Below are positions 62,979 through 64,000 of a stretch of 64,000 nt of DNA, piece by piece (position 1 is the stretch's first letter; each line of letters starts with the position of its first letter). The notes below the pieces were generated by a model. The model made no database searches, was not told the origin of the DNA, and saw nothing but the letters and a program-made list of their open reading frames with translations. Origin of the DNA: Octopus sinensis. Lineage: Eukaryota. Made by a program: the position numbers and the translations under genes. Where the stretch lies: contig NC_043005.1 in the NCBI RefSeq assembly GCF_006345805.1, forward strand, positions 89,714,001-89,778,000, in the 5' to 3' direction.

Positions 62979-63804
62979 GGTGAACAAACCTCTCAGAACA
63001 AATGTGTCGTCTGCTTCAAGCAATTTCTAATTGTGTCTGTTAGCGAATATGTCTGGCTACTTTCATGCATACGTACATAATATATGTATCAATTGAGCAA
63101 GTGAGAGTAGCTGTAGGAGTGTAAGTGGTGGTAAGGGGGAGGAGAGGAGGCATGGGAGTGAGGGACTAGCATTTGGGATTGGGTGTTGTATGGAAGTGAG
63201 AGGAGGAGGGGAAAAGAGAACAAGAGAAAGAGTGTGTGGGAGGGGGAGATTAAATGTGAGTATATCTCTATCTATATATATCTCTATATTATAAATCTGA
63301 AATGCCAAAAGTTTGTTTGTTTGTCTGGTTTTGGCATTGAGAACGGGTTAAAGGCCACTAGATCTCGTCGGATTGACTCCAAAATTTACAGGGACATGTA
63401 AAATGAGGTGAGGTTGCTAGGGCCAAAAACGTACTTTGACAAGTCTACTCTCATTCTTTTATGTATCTGTCTTCCTCCGTCACTCACTCTCTTTCCTCCC
63501 TTCCCATCACTTTCTATATATAACGTTGTTTCACGGCGTCTATCTCCCTTACCTTCACTTTCTCTTTATGACGTCGTGTCACGGCGTCCTCAATCTCCCC
63601 CTCCTCCCCGCCTTCGACAGCGCTTTCACACACACTCTCTCTCTACGTCTGTCTGCATTCATAGAGAGAATTATCATCGCCACATCCACCACACAATCAT
63701 GAGAACAAATAATATGAATCAGATATTTATTGGGTTAATTTATATATGTGTGTGTGTATATGTGTGTGTGTGTGTTCTATATATAAATATGTATATATAA
63801 TGTC

Positions 63805-63921
63805 TTGAGAGGAAGTAGGAGATTCTGTAATTGCTAGCGATATTCACTCCACAGCCTGGTCTTGTTGGTGGTCCTGCTATAGGGTCAGTGGTTACTTTAT
63901 GGTCCTTGCGAAGTCCATACA
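63805..63921 (-). mobile_element. Short Penelope fragment near-identical to 52721-52837
   Basis: YGLRKDHKVTTDPIAGPPTRP...; only a few substitutions by eye. Confidence 0.85.
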
Positions 63922-64000
63922 AAGTGTATATATCTGTATTGATGTATATTAAACTTTTTAATACTTTTTGATAATTATATATATTTTTAAAAAAATTATA

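Noticed and set aside
62979-63023. N-terminal extension MLEADDTFVLRGLFT of SLC22
   Set aside because: The ORF track starts at TTG. The ATG at 62978 gives the typical SLC22 N-terminus.

Overview
Eukaryotic, AT-rich, repeat-dense genomic DNA. The repeat landscape suggests an octopod cephalopod (inference). The backbone is a minus-strand SLC22-family organic cation/carnitine transporter gene: 7 coding exons (62978->1557) splice in frame with GT-AG sites into 1237 nt, and the gene continues off the left edge. Intron 6 holds an intronless GRAMD1/Aster retrocopy with two 1-nt frameshifts. The introns are filled with R4/Dong, CR1 and RTE LINEs, tRNA-derived SINEs, mariner and rosa DNA transposons, non-autonomous Helitrons, a decayed Penelope-like element (PLE) and microsatellites. 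The most striking layer is a set of fold-back (palindromic) insertions, mostly in (TA)n, carrying minimal type I hammerhead ribozymes (HHRs) whose sense strands point outward on both arms. They include a 362-bp retrozyme-like tandem monomer with a U3-A8 core and covarying stems at two loci, an HHR with a G3-C8 core, a tRNA-headed HHR element with an 18-bp TSD, and an HHR-bounded composite that carries a near-identical copy of the SLC22 first coding exon. All ribozyme calls are by-eye secondary-structure readings and were not computed or tested.
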